This document shows, one piece after another, positions 1 to 13,589 of a stretch of DNA of 64,000 bases. The stretch is from Heptranchias perlo. Lineage: Eukaryota. Under the pieces are notes generated by a model. It did no database searches. It saw only the letters and a program-made list of their open reading frames with translations, and was not told the origin of the DNA. Every line of letters starts with the position of its first letter. The first letter of the stretch is position 1. Position numbers and translations under genes: made by a program. Location: contig NC_090354.1 of NCBI RefSeq assembly GCF_035084215.1, forward strand, positions 11,160,001-11,224,000, in the 5' to 3' direction.

Positions 1-150
1 GTGAAACAATTTGGAAAGGAAAAAAATCTGCAGGGTTACGGAGATAGGGCGGGGGAGTGGGACTAGCTGGATTGCTCTTGCATAGAGCTGGCGCGGACTT
101 GATGGGCCGAATGGCCTCTTTCCGTGCTGTAACCGTTCTATGATTCTAAT
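1..150 (+). mobile_element. CR1 LINE 3' tail
   Basis: ggccgaatggcctctttccgtgctgtaaccgttctatgattct matches the 3' end of the CR1 copy ending near 27655. Confidence 0.8.
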
Positions 151-321
151 TTTAATGTAAAAGACACACATCTTACTAAATGTTCAGGGTCACTTAATAC
201 CTTGCTAAAAATTATTAAACAGAAACTCCACAGATCTGAGTCTCCTGTAATAAGTGATTTTGAAGAGTTACAGTTCCCCAGGACTGCCTATATATTCAAA
301 TGTTGCATAAAGCCTTTCCAC

Positions 322-868
322 CATCTACAAGGCACAAGCCAGGAGTGTGATGGAATACTCTCCACTTGCTTGGATGAGTGCAGCTCCAACAACACTCAAG
401 AAGCTCGACACCATCCAAGATAAAGCAGCCCGCTTGATTGGCACCCCATCCACCACCCTAAACATTCACTCCCTTCACCACCGGTGCACTGTGGCTGCAG
501 TGTGTACCATCCACAGGATGCACTGCAGCAACTCGCCAAGGCTTCTTCGACAGCACCTCCCAAACCCGCGACCTCTACCACCTAGAAGGACAAGGGCAGC
601 AGGCACATGGGAACAACATGACCTGCACGCTCCCCTCCAAGTCACACACCATCCCGACTTGGAAATATATCGCCGTTCCTTCATCGTCGCTGGGTCAAAA
701 TCCTGGAACTCCCTTCCTAACAGCACTGTGGGAGAACCGTCACCACACGGACTGCAGCGGTTCAAGAAGGCGGCTCACCACCACTTTCTCAAGGGCAATT
801 AGGGATGGGCAATAAATGCTGGCCTTGCCAGCGACGCCCACATCCCATGAACGAATAATAAAAAAAAT
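322..868 (+). mobile_element. 5'-truncated L2/CR1-group LINE 3' fragment
   Basis: ORF 347-802 (MEYSPLAWMSAAPTTLKKLDTIQDKAARLIG) is nearly identical to the C-terminus of the RT ORF at 46999-48774. It ends in gccttgccagcgacgcccacatcccatgaacgaataa plus an A-tail. Confidence 0.9.
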
Positions 869-1436
869 ATTGCGCTCACTTCCTCCAAGTATCACACTTA
901 CTTCCTGTAACATTTTCCCATCACACTTTGTTGGTAACGCCCCTTGTGCTAGAAAACACCGCATCCCCTACCTCGCAATGAGCAATGGCAGGGGAGATCT
1001 GCAAGTTATTACAAAAATTCTGCCACAATACCAGATACCCATGAATTGGCCCTATGGAGTTTCAGGAAAGTGAAGAGCTTACAAGGGGGCACTAATGTGA
1101 CAATCAGCCTATCCACAGAGGTGTGTGTGGATTGGATGAGCCCACCATCCTCACTGACAGTAGAGCAGCAGAAAAGTGGGAGGTGGTACTTTTACTGCCA
1201 TGAGTTTTTTTTTAAGTATTATCAGCACGTTTTAGAAAAACACAGCCTCTCCCCTCCCCAACACACAGCAGTGCTGACTCAGGTCCACTGCTCTGGATTT
1301 ACTGTGTGCTTCAGCAAGTTGCATCTCACAGGAAACAGGAATTCTTTTGAGTAATCAATTTCAGATTCTTCTGTGGGATTTCAGTTCACTTTTTGTCCTC
1401 AATAGCATTTTCTTTTTTGAATTTATTTTGTAGACA

Positions 1437-1554
1437 CAGACTGCAGCAGTTGAAGAAGGCAGCTCATCACCACCTTCTCAAGGGCAATTAGGGATGGGCA
1501 ATAAATGCTGGCCTTGCCAGTGACGCCCACATCCCATGAACAAATAAAAAAAAA
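1437..1554 (+). mobile_element. Short 3' tail of the same L2/CR1-group LINE
   Basis: Matches 750-868 and ends in an A-run. Confidence 0.85.
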
Positions 1555-1803
1555 GTCTATTTGTAAACTGTATCTCTTTCATCCTTGTCTTATGTTCAAG
1601 TACATCAAGGATTTGCTGTTGAATATCCTCCACCTTCTCTGTGGCCCAGTAGGATTTGGACCTTTAGAGACATTTCTTCATTTAATACTTCAGCTCCAAA
1701 TGCAAGATTTACCACTGATAATGCTCCCTGCTACTCTCCTCCCTGAGATTATTGTCAATATCCGACTGACATCTTGGATAAACTCAATCTACTTCAGTTA
1801 ACA

Positions 1804-2488
1804 CATTGGCCCAGATTTTGCTGTCAAAGTAACGGTGAGGCTAATGGTGCTCGCCGTTATTTATGCGCAAATAGTACAGCAACTTCAGGCGAGGGGCAGA
1901 TGCGCGGTTAGACTCAAAAATCCAGAAGTTGCTGTCCGAGTTGCAGTGCTCCACTGTTAGCTTCGCGAAAACGGCATCTCACCGTCCGTCTCTAAATACC
2001 CTTTTAATGATATGATGTGTTAATTACTGCCAGTCAACCTCCCTAGCACTGAAAATTAACTATTTCAAGCGTGGAGTCTCATTCCTTCAGGTTTTAATTG
2101 TTGATGGAGATTTTAAAAATGTAAAATTTTAAATTTAATTTTTTAAAAACTTTTCCTTTCTGTCTCTTCTTTCTCTCTCTCTTAATCCAACCTTTCTTTC
2201 CCTTTCTGTACCTGATTTGACATTGAATTCACCCACTCTAATTCGCACTTCCTTCTCAGTCATTGTGCTGTTAATTTCACAATCCTTCAACCTGATTGGT
2301 TAAGGAGATACCCAGTTGCTTGTCCTGTTCACTCAGATCCCAGATGCCCTGTTTCCCTCGCTGTGACATTATCAGCTCGCACTTTCAGCAACTCGCCACG
2401 CAAAAAATTTAAAAACCTAAATGTGCCAGGTCAAGTCTAACTAATGGCAGACGGCATTAGATAACCTGCCACAGCACATTATGGCCTA
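1804..2488. mobile_element. MITE-like non-autonomous DNA transposon
   Basis: Imperfect terminal inverted repeats ggcccagattttgctgt / acagcacattatggcc. The interior (aacggtgag...cgccgtt...aatccagaagttgct) resembles the element starting at 49554. Confidence 0.55.
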
Positions 2489-2959
2489 AGTACCTTTAAT
2501 AGGGTTATATTCTCTTGCCCCCATTTATCAACCATATGACTGTGGCAGCATTCTGTTAAATTTCAGGTTACCATCAACAGTGATCCCTGAGAATAGAGCA
2601 GAAATAGAGTCACAAAGCCATAGTTTTAACTGTTACCACCTCCTCTTCCAAAGGAAGTGAGGTTCACAAGTCTGCAAAGTACAATCATTGATTTATGATG
2701 TGGATCATTTTTGCAAATAAATTGCTTTGCCTTAGTCTAAGTATCTCTTACTGGTCTGCTCCTCTCCACACATTGCTCAATCACTATGATTACTGTGTGA
2801 CAAACCTGGAGAGTTAATGTTGATAAATGAGTGACAACCAATAGGATATTATGAATCACTGTAGTTTCTCTTTATTTTACTTAAGTACACCAGTATGTAC
2901 TCAACAGTATGCACAAATAATTGGACTTCACATAAGAAGGGACTTTTAAAAAATAAATT

Positions 2960-4380
2960 CACCCTATTAACAGAGACCTGGCTCAAAGAAGGGGAGGATT
3001 GGGTACTTAATATTCCCGGCTGCAAGATATTCAAGAAAGATAGGGAAGGAAAGGAGGCGGGGGAGAGGGGTGGCAGTATTAATCAAATAAATTATTATAG
3101 CATGGAAAGGGATGATGTAATTGAGGGTTCAAAGACAGAATCTATTTGGTTAGAATTAAGGAACAATAAAGGAGCTATTATACTACTGGGTGAATACTAT
3201 AGTCACCCGGTCCAGAGGGGATGCATCCTAGGTTAACGAGGGAAGGAAGGGTGGATATTGCAGAGACTCTGGCCACAATCTTCCAAACTGTCGTAGATAT
3301 GGGGATGGTGCCGGAGGACTGGAGGATTGCAAATGTCAAACCCCTGTTCAAAAAAGGGGAGAGGGATAAACCCAGCAATTATAGGCCAGTCAGCCTAACG
3401 CCAGTGGTGGGGAAACTTTTACAGACAAAAATCCAAGACAAAATTAATTGGCACTCGGAAAAGTATGGGCTAATAAATGAAAGTCATCATGGATTGGTTA
3501 AAGGAAAATCATGTTTGACTAACTTGCTTGAGCTCTTTGATGAAGTAACGGAGAGGGTTGATGAGGGTAGTGTGGTTGATGTTGTGTATATGGATTTTCA
3601 ATAATAGACTTATTAGCAAAGTTAAAGCCCATGGGTTAAAGGGACAGTGGCAGCGTGGATACAAATTGGCTAAGGGACAGAAAGCAGAGAGTAGGCTGGA
3701 GGAAAGTTCCCCAGGGGTCAGCACTAGGACCATTGCTCTTTTTGATATATATTAATGACCTGGACTTGGGTATAGAGGGTATAATTTCAAAGTTTGCAGA
3801 TGACACGAAACTCAGAAATGTAGTAAACAATGTGGAGGATAGTAATAGACTTCAAGAGGACACAGACAGGCTGGTGGAACGTGTGAACACATGGCAGATG
3901 CAATTTAACGCAGAGAAATGTGAAGTGATACATTTTGGTAGGAAGAATGAGGAGAGGCAATACAAACTAAATGGTACAATTTTAAAAGGGGTGCAGGAAC
4001 AGAGGCCCCTGAGGGTGCACACATACAAATCTTTGACGGTAGCAGGACAAGTTGAGAAGGCTGTTAAAAAAGCATATGGGATCCTGGGCTTTACTAATAG
4101 AGGCTTACAGTACAAAAGCAAGGAGGTTATGCTAAACCTTTATAAAACACGCTAGGCCTCAGCTGGAATGTTGTGTTCAATTCTGGGCACCACACTTTAG
4201 GAAAGATGTCAAGGCCTTAGAGAAGGTGCAGAAGAGATTTACTAGAATGGTACCAGGGATGAGAGACTTCAGTTATGTGGAGAGACTGGAGAAGCTGGGG
4301 TTGTTCTCCTCAGAACAGAGAAGGTTAAGGGGAGATTTGATAGAGGTGTTCAAAATCATGAGCGGTTTTGTAAATAAGGA
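2960..4380 (+). mobile_element. Degenerate CR1 LINE (APE and RT fragments, internal deletions)
   Basis: ORF fragments TETWLKEG (APE), PLFKKG..NYRPVSLT, VPQGSALGP, FADDTK, RLRGDLIEVFK. Confidence 0.92.
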
Positions 4381-7300
4381 GAATCCCAAGTCCCCAGCCC
4401 CCCACCCCACCACCGCCCTGTGACAAGTCTATCCTTCCAGGTTGGCTGGTTAATCATCAACAGATCCCCGGAATAATATAGACTTCCTGGCTCTGATATC
4501 AAATTACCCAGCATGCCACAGAGGATGGGCCGGGGTCCAATCTTCCATTGCCAAGCAAACTACTTTAGTAATTTATTTTAAATGAGATGTAAATTATGAC
4601 TGGATTAAACAGTTACAACAAGGAGGCCCTGAGTGAACAGATGACAAAAGTACAATTTTTAAAAAAAAGTTTGATGACTGAGGGAGGAAAAAAAATCACA
4701 TTTATCCCGGAACATGTACCAACAATAACATTACAATATAATTTTTTTCTGAATTTATTTTTGATGCAGATAACACAGGATAATATACAATAGTATGTTA
4801 CCGTCATTTTAATGTGGCTATAGTACTTTTTCTATATAGCTTTTATATTATGCAGCAGACATCTTAAATATATTAAGAATCTTACACCTGCATGCATGTC
4901 CTGTCAATTTTTTTCATTAGAAATTCCTACCTCCACATTGAAAATGGAAATTGCCTTTGTAAACTTATCACACTCTCCCAGCAGGGGAGCCATTGCAGCG
5001 AAACTACTGGTACAAGTTTACATGGCAACTTCCATTACGAATGTGCACAGAAGAATTTATAACGGAAATATAAAAATAAGGACAAAAAGTATGACTTTAA
5101 AATGGGGACCAAATTCTGTCTACACGCCCTGATCTAATTATCCCCCACCCTTAACCTAAGACTCCATGTGTGCAACACCACAGGAGATTGACTCGTTACA
5201 GATAATTACATACAATTCCTTGTATTCAGGAGTATTAACAGGTGACAAGAGGGGGAACTTTTCTTCACAGATGTGCTCCACACTCCAGTAGCTTAAGGCC
5301 TCATATGTTCAATAAATCTACTCTGATTCTGAGAAACAAAACCAGAGAAGTGGAACCCTGATATGAGTTTTATCTGTGTGTATCCACTCAAACACTGAAA
5401 CCACCATCGTTTAGGACAGATCACTCCCAACACATGCCACCTTCTCTTGTACATTTTCAAGCAATGGACAGCAATGCTGTGATGTGGAAAATAGCAATTA
5501 TCGGAGAGTGATTTTGAGGCAGCAAACGAATCTTGCACTTCGGATGGTATTACGAACCATGAAAGCAAAGCTGGAGCTTCACAAATCAATTTTTCTGCTG
5601 ACAGCAAGTGTCAAATGGATGCCCTGTGTCATGGATGCTTGTTGCCATTCAGCTAAAGGGAATTCATGACCGTGACTTCACAACACATATCAATAACCAA
5701 GAATATTGTTTTTTTTTTACCTCCAGCATGTTATATGCAACATGCTCAAGCAGCATTTTTTTTTTAAATGCCAATGTATTGTGCAGTGAAGTAATCAAAT
5801 GTTAAATTTCTTCCTCCGTTTCTCCAAAATGCCACAACTGTCCAACTGGACAAGAGATCGGATGAACTAGCACTGTATGACCAAGCAGAGTTACATAGAA
5901 ATCTTGCCTTAACAAAAGATTTTGGTATTTCTGGGGGCTTTTTATAATAAATTAGCCACTCACTGATTTTGTATTTCTATACATTAAATATTGAAAATAA
6001 TGTAAACATCTGATGGAAAACCAAGACATTTAGCCTCAATCAGAAGGCACAGCATCAAGGAAAGGGCAGGAACACTCAGAGAGACAGTTCATTTTGACAG
6101 TGTTTGATGGAAGGTAAGCAACTATGACAGGACTTTTCAATCACACTTTGTCTGGTTCTTTAGCATTACAGTATTAGGATTGTTTTCTAAATGTTACCCT
6201 TACCTCAGCATATAGTGCACCTAAAAATGCATTGTATAAATGTGAGTCTTTATCACATTCCTTAAAAAATTTCAAAAATCAATAAATGTGAAGTGTGGTG
6301 ACAGTTGTTATGTATGTAAAAGTTCACAGAGGACTCCGTATTGATCCCAGTTCACCATAACAGAAAGCTATTCTTCATAAAATGTGCTCGAGGCATCACA
6401 GTATATCACACAGTGCACCTCAATTCATAAATCTGCACGCCATTAGATAAAGGAGCTGTTTCGTATGGTCTTGTCACAGTTCATTCAGAAGCCAGAAAAA
6501 ATCCTGCTTTAAGTAACCATGATCATAATGCAGCAGCTATAGGCTGTTAATACAGAGCTGACTAACATACAGCCTGCTTTTGCAGATCTGTTTAATATAG
6601 AGTCTAGCAGTATGAACCAGCATTCATTTTCCCTAGTGGTTTTAGCCTTAACAATATCACTAACAAATGTACTTGATTAATGGAGTGAATTAACTTACAA
6701 GACAATGCATTCCCTTGAATTATGTTGGTGCCCATGGCAACTTTAATCCAGTGGGAATCCTGAGTGGTCTGTGTTTGGGTGAAAGGTTAGCAGATGACAA
6801 CCACGTGTTTACTAATGATGTATAAATAGTAAGAGGCCATTATGCCTTTACAAAGCACATTTTAGGAGAAGCGTGGACATTCTAACAGGCTCCACTTTCC
6901 ATTGGAGGAGAATCGAACATATCTCCTTTTGATTGCAGACAGTTTTTAGTTGGGCCACTAGGAGGAGCACGGTGTAGCAGTCGAGTATCCCCCACATAAC
7001 TGAAGGAGGGATGGTAGCAGTGGGTGAAAGCAATTGGGTAGGGATCTAAAATTAGGAAAGCATGAGGAGAAATGTTTGTTATGCACTCATGGACGATGTG
7101 GTGAAATTGAAATTTCTGTTCTTCCTACTGCAGAAATTGCATAAATTTCAAATTGGGACTTGGACACACGCTGTCTAATGCAAGCTGCAGGCTGAGCCAG
7201 GACAGGCCATGGCTGGAAAAAGAAAACCTGGCCCAGGCTATGGGTTAATTTTTTTGCAGTGCAGTGAGCTGAAGTCAGAGACAGGCTAAAAATGGGGCTC

Positions 7301-8084
7301 GAGTCTAGACTGTAGACATGGCAGTAGAAAGTGGACAAGAGAATTTATGGGCCAGATCTGGAGCAGGTCATTCAAGTTGGTTAATTTGTTTAATTACTTA
7401 CCAAACACTGGAACACTTCACTTACAAAATGAAAGAGATATTCCACCTTTAGACGTATCCTACTTAACATACATTGTGCCTCGTTTACTTGCTATCCCAG
7501 ATTTACGCACACATTTTCACTGTTGTCTTTGTAAGTTGGAACAAAGAATGGCAGTAAAGTGGTCTGGTGAAAAACATGGTTTGCCCCACAGTTCTACACA
7601 TGATAAATCCAGTTCTCTGCTCCTTTGCCTGGGGCAAAGTACATCAACCACTGGGGTGGGTCTCCTCCCCAGAAAAAGCATCATTGAGGACAGCTACTCC
7701 ATACTTCCTACAACTAGCAAAAGTGCACCATTTCCAGGAGCTTGGGAGTGAGTCCTGACAGACTCTCCCTCCGAGAATTGTGCAGGGAAAGCTGGAAAGA
7801 GGCGGATATTTACAATGCTGTGGGAAGATGCAGAGCAGAGGCAAAGGGACGGTAATAGAATGTCTGAGGCTGGGCCAATCTCTTGGGCCATTGCTGCATG
7901 CTTGCTGGCAGCTATCTATCAGTAGCAATGGTCTCTGCATGGGAACAGTCCACTTGCACACTCTCTCAGATGAATACATATGTGGGACCTGCAAGGGTTG
8001 GGTGCTCCATAAGAGGGCACATGCCCAGCATTCACACCCGCTAGTCAGAAGTTTGTTGGTTCAAGACACACATCAGATCTTAAG

Positions 8085-8400
8085 TTTATAATCTAAGCTG
8101 TACTCCAGTACAGTATTGATGGGGTGCGTTATTGTCCAAGATGCTGTTCCTCAGATGGATGTTAAACCTTCTGCCTGTTTCATTAGTTCAGGTGGCTATT
8201 AAAAAAATCCTGTGGCACTACTTGCACAGAAGGGAGTTCTTCCCCTGTCCTGGACATCATTCCTTCCTCAACCAATACCACCAAAAGCAGATTAACTACT
8301 CGTTTGTGAGATCTTGCTGTGCACTAAATGGCTGTCATGTCTGTCTACATAAGAACAATCACTGAGCTTCCAAATAATGCACTGTATTGTGAGATGTTCC
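8085..8400 (+). mobile_element. Deu-domain SINE (SacSINE1/AmnSINE1-like)
   Basis: ggcactacttgcacagaagggagttcttcccctgtcctgg...caaccaataccaccaaaagcagattaact resembles the Deu core; similar copies at 33.0-33.4 kb and 61.2-61.5 kb. Confidence 0.6.
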
Positions 8401-9027
8401 TTTATAGGAGGATTATGTGTTCTTTAAAAATACAAATGCAGCCAAGAAATTCTCATTAAAAACAAACCAGTCCCAAGTACAAAAGGAAAGGTTAAGCCCT
8501 TTGGTACTGACTAGATTCTAATTGGGTTAACAGCATAAGTCAGAGGCCACTCCCTCCAGCCATGTCTGGACACTGAAGGTGCATATTAAGAAAAACACAG
8601 CCACTGTCTTCACAGTCTTACTTCTCCCATCCTTGCATATCCTCTGTGAGAAGGGTTTTATTATGCTGCTCAAAGCATGTATTACTTGGAATTTGCAGAT
8701 GAGCACGCCTGTTAATGGTTGACAAAGTACAAGTCTGAACATATTTGACAGACAGTGGTGGAGGTGCACTGGTAAAGATATTCCTTCATCAGTTAACACT
8801 GAATTCTCATCTGCTGTTGGGCTTCGGTTTCCTTATACATGGAACTTAATACAATTAGAGGGGCCGCAAGCTCTTGTGAAACAAAATCTGCACGGAGTCA
8901 AACCAGGACATCCAGATGGTAGCAATCCTGGAGTGGGCCATCACTTTTATAGCAGTGAGGTTTCAAAACAGATGCACAGCTCACTGTTATTGCAAAAAAG
9001 CACAACAGCCTCTATAACTGTCACCAT

Positions 9028-9212
9028 GTTAAATACAGAAAGTGCTGGAAATGCACAGCAAGCCGATCAACAGCTGATGGAGAAAAATGGGTTAATGTTT
9101 CAAGAATAACCCACTTCTGACGGAGGGCCTGACTCAAAGTGTTAACCTTCCTTCCTCTTTCAGACACTGACTGACCCGCTGTGTATTTCCAGCATTTTTG
9201 TTTTTTTTTTGT
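9028..9212. mobile_element. Old inverted pair of Penelope-like termini
   Basis: Left arm (agaaagtgctggaaatgcacagc...gttaatgtttc) is complementary to the right arm (gttaacc...gctgtgtatttccagcattttt). Similar to 49051-49148. Confidence 0.65.
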
Positions 9213-10673
9213 TTTAGCAGTTTTACCATGATGGTTTTCTTTAACGTTAACCAGAAAGCTGCCCTGACTATAGTAGCATTTCCCCTTTTGCCATCTCGAC
9301 TAACAGAAGCAGAGGAAAATATACCCCAGCTTGGCCAAGTGAATTTTTTCCCTGATAAGACATTCTTCTCTAAGGTAATGCAGACCTTTTTTAAAAAATG
9401 CCTGTTTGCAAACATTAAAATGCTTGCTTGCACTCTGTATTGTACAGACCACAATCACTAGGTATTACAAAAAAACAGTGCTGTACTAAGTGAAAAAAAT
9501 CCATGCTTGAGTTAGAGTGTTACAGTTGTGGTCCATGCAATATTTAATCAGATAATTTACCGTCAACTGTTTTCAACCACTTGCTACACTAACTGCTCGT
9601 GTGACAATTCAGCTGGTTAAAATAACTTGCACGGGCAAAAATGCTGAATATCCTTATGATGTTAAAAAAGGGTGTATTGCTTTCCAGTGAAATTCTCATC
9701 ACATTATATATGAGAAAGATACAAGACTTTTCAGTAATATTCCTCTCAATCATACAGCATGAAGCCAATGCGAAAATTCAATGGTTTTGATGATTGTGAT
9801 TATAGAAAACCTCAACGTACATGAAAGGACATATAGGCATATATGCTATAAAAAATAGAGCTGGGGAATTCCATAGGTTGACACAAATTCACGGTACATA
9901 TGCCAAAAAATGCTTTCAGCTTGTAACATTGTTCAACTGATCTCCTCCCAACAGCACAGTGGAGTTTGGGAAACTCACCGTGTGAAAATTCTGAACCCAA
10001 AACTTACATCCTAGCACAGCACATGAGTGATTGAATTCTGCGATGTGTTTGTAGAACCTATCATGGACTAAATTGGCCGGCTGATGATGATGTAATGATT
10101 TACACTAAATGATCACTTCGGGAAGAAAATCTTAAAGGGGCTCTGTCTGCATCGCTTGGTGGGAAAAGATGAATCTCATTGTTTTGCACAGCAAGCAATT
10201 TATGTGAGGCAGTTCCATATTTTGACCTAACCTGAAGCTCCGTGTTACACCTCTTTCAAACAAAAAAGCGTCAAACACCGTCTAAAGACATCGTTGCCCC
10301 TTGAGTTTTTTTTTCCACTGATGTGAACCCACCTTTGTTCTTTAGTTGAAACCCAAGTTTAATCAGTTCAGGAAAGTATTAAAATGTAATACTTTGATGA
10401 AATGTGCAGTAAGTGCAGTTTTTTTTCTGCAGTACAGGATACGCGAAGAACTAGTAACCACTTCTGAACAAGGAGACTAAGAGCGATTTCTTTATTTAAA
10501 CAAACCCTATCAACCTCACCAACCCCGATCCAATTGCTCTTGTTTCTGTTAACAGCATCTTTAGTTAACAATATGTTTTTATTTGTTGGAAAGTTCTACC
10601 GAACTGCTCCCGAGATCAAGCTGTTTTTTGACACAATTTAAAAAAAAACCTGCCCTGCTAATCAGCCACAGAG

Positions 10674-10758
10674 AAATAACGACCCTCCCTGAGGACCGCG
10701 TAAATGACAACGATAAATAATGATCCTCCCTCAGGACCGTGCAAATGACAACGATAAA
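10674..10758. repeat. 41-bp tandem duplication (2 copies)
   Basis: aaataacgaccctccctgaggaccgcgtaaatgacaacgat followed by aaataatgatcctccctcaggaccgtgcaaatgacaacgat. Confidence 0.9.
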
Positions 10759-11166
10759 CAAGCTTCCCCACAATCTTCAAAGTCACCACAGTTGTTGTGA
10801 TGTTCAATTTTTGTCACCGCTCACTGGTCAGGCATACTTTAAAGGATGACATTACCAGCTGGGTTTCTCTTTGTATTTTCCCCCCACTTTCCCTGCATTA
10901 AACAGATTTTCCCTCCCTCTGTCCGAGGAGAATGCAGTTGGTCCTCTGCTGGACAGAGTTGATCGATCGAGTAGGACAGTGTTGCTTGTAAAGAAAAAAA
11001 CAATAATCTTCAAATAGTAACAGACAAGATATTTGTGGAAAGATATTTTTTAATTGACCAAACATTTAAAAATAAATAAAATTATTCCTTTGCCTCACTT
11101 AGAAACATAATAAATCAAACAAAGTCAGTTGTTATGCAGGTTATAGGATTTCAATGTGATCTTTAC

Positions 11167-11385
11167 CTTGATGATGCTGCTGCGGGGAGTTGGGAGCTGT
11201 TTTTTGTCTGCATTTTCCCTGCTCACTAAGCTGACGGACGGGTCACTCTGTTCCGGGCATTTCCCATTCGAGATAGGTTCGGTTTCGGATAAAAACACAT
11301 TCGAGTCCGGGATGGGGTCGTTTTGAGCCTGCAGACCCGGCAGCCCGGGTTCAGCACCGTCTCTCTGTCCATCCGCCATCATCAT
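11167..11385 (-). CDS. First coding exon of an inactive phospholipase C-like (PLCL/PRIP family) gene; the rest lies left of the window
   Basis: MMMADGQRDG...LPTPRSSIIK ends at a phase-0 donor AAG|GTAAAG. PLCL1/PLCL2 exon 1 ends in PRRSSIIK as I recall it. The exon lies in a CpG island. The ORF-track start at 11418 is a GTG; the in-frame ATGs are at 11385, 11382 and 11379. Confidence 0.75.
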
Positions 11386-11800
11386 CAAAAAAGCATCACT
11401 CACACTGAACACGGCCACATGCTGCAGGGACCCGCGCCAATGACCGGTGCAACTGACCTGAAACTAACCAGCAGCACCAGAAGTACGGGCTCCGCAATCA
11501 GCCCAGCCGATTTCATTTACTTCCTGTGAAATTAACGGATATAATCCGTCACCACAGCAGCCCGGGTGTGTGTTACTTCCTCGTTTCCAACACGTGTTGT
11601 ATTGCAAAGAACGCCTCTTTCCCAGACCCCCCCCCCCCCCCCCCTCAAAGAAAAACCATCGGGTTTAACCGTGGGGCCAAAGATAGATTCTGCTGATGGT
11701 CCGCAGTAACCCAGGGCACCCTGTTCACACAGCAGAAGTGACAGCTGTTTCTTCAACCTCTTTGGTCTATTTAAAAATAGGAAGTCACGCACGGTATATT
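11386..11800 (-). promoter_or_regulatory. CpG-rich 5'UTR/promoter of the PLCL-like gene
   Basis: Local CpG enrichment, ETS-type ACTTCC/GGAAGT motifs near 11519, 11576 and 11780, and a poly-C tract at about 11627-11644. Confidence 0.55.
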
Positions 11801-13589
11801 TACAAGTTCTCAATGTGGCAAATTGACATTAAATCGTGCATCAAAATCAATCGAAAGGGTTCAGCTGCCAGACATTGCACATGTTCCAAAGCTCGGTGTT
11901 GTGTACAGGCTGGGATGCACCATGTCTCCACAACCCGGTCTCAGCCATTTCTTTGGCTGCGGGATTTAAGTCCAATTTAAAACCAGTCTTATGTTAGCAT
12001 TTCAAAACAGACAAGTGTTAGTCCAAAAAAAACTGCATTAATGTCGTTTTAAAGACTTTCGTAAGTTTATTGCAGAATTTCAAAATACCATCTTTGTGTA
12101 GTGGTGGCATGTATTACTTTGCAATATTATCTCCAGTCCAGTTTTAATAGCAGCCGTGCAATACCGAGTTAGGAAGAGTCAACAGCTCATTTCCCATAAA
12201 CAGTATTGAAATTCCTTTGAGCTCCCCTCGATCCGTCGTATCTTACACGCGGTGTAGGGTCGCCACCTTTTGTCAAGTGTAAAACCAGACAGGAGAACAG
12301 AGCAGCGGCCAGTCAGAGATCGTGACTGGGGTTCTGATGATTAAAAAAAGGGAATCGGCTAACTTTAGTAATCGTAAAAAGTATGGACTTCATTTATTTT
12401 GGAAATAAGGCATTTTGTATCTGGAGTATATTTCCAGACAGCACACTCCAAAAATGGGCAGGTGCCACCCCGAACTCAAAGTGACTGAAGAACTGTCCCA
12501 TTCTGTCGCTTCTAAATGTTTACATACATCAAATTGTCATAATTGAGACTATCTTTATTTCACCTAGGGGGGAGTCACACCTGTCCGTGTTTACACTCAA
12601 ATCAGCAGATTCAATTTCCCCAACATCGAGGGCAGTCCCTCGTCAATAACCAATGTCATCAGATGGGGGAAGAGAATCTCACCTCCTGATAACCCCCTCA
12701 CTGTGCACCTTAGCCGTTCTCCCCTAATGTTTCGTGCAAGTTGACACCTCTGGAAAAAAAAAGTTGCTAGGTGATGCATGTGTTCGGCCTAGGGACATTG
12801 TCAAAGAGGAGAATGAGAAATCAGGCAAAATGTCCGGCCTCCACTCATTGCTGCAATGGATATTCAGCGGAATCCTACATTCTCAAAGTAGATTCTTCTC
12901 TTTAAAAGCCCGAGATTAACAACCAGTTTAAGGGTCAAAAGGCCATGTGTGGCTATTGGGCTCCTTTGGGAAAATGGTCTGGGCAATATCAATCCTGTAC
13001 TTGTGGGAAATCCCTCGAACAACCTCTCCACCTCTCTCTTCCTTGAAGACCTTCCTTAAAAGCCACCTCTTTGGCCAAGCTTTTAGTTACCCCATCTTCT
13101 TTGGCTGGCATTGTCTTTTTTCTGATGTATGGTTCTTTGAAGCACCTCGGGCTGTTTTACTACATTGAAGGCATTACACAAATGGAGGCTGTTACCTGTC
13201 ATTGTCCCCACAGCAGAAAACTGACGCTAATTTGGGACTAAATTGGAAATTCACTCAAAGAGGAGATGGGTTGATGCAACAAATAGAAATACATCCCATT
13301 GATAGAGTAGAGGGTGCTGCTCTGAAGAGCAGGTGAGTCATCTTCTAGGGACAAAGTTTTACTCCACATCTAACCACACTGTCCCTGGCCTGGGAAGTGC
13401 CTAATTCTGATACTGAGTACGTAAAATGAGTGTTCAATTCCCCAGTATCGATATTCCCTATCTTGAGCAGAAAAATTAAAACCAAAAAATTAATATAGCA
13501 TTATTACACCCAAATAACAGCAATGTACATCCCTCTTATAAAGTTACAACACAGATATGTCTTCACAAGTATCAATGAATACTATAGCC

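Noticed and set aside
10000-10340. Alternative first exon of the PLCL-like gene (donor GAT|GTAAGT near 10008)
   Set aside because: The phase-0 frame has a stop just before the donor and there is no other support; at most a non-coding exon.
10674-10758. CRISPR-like array
   Set aside because: Only two adjacent units with no spacers, in eukaryotic DNA.
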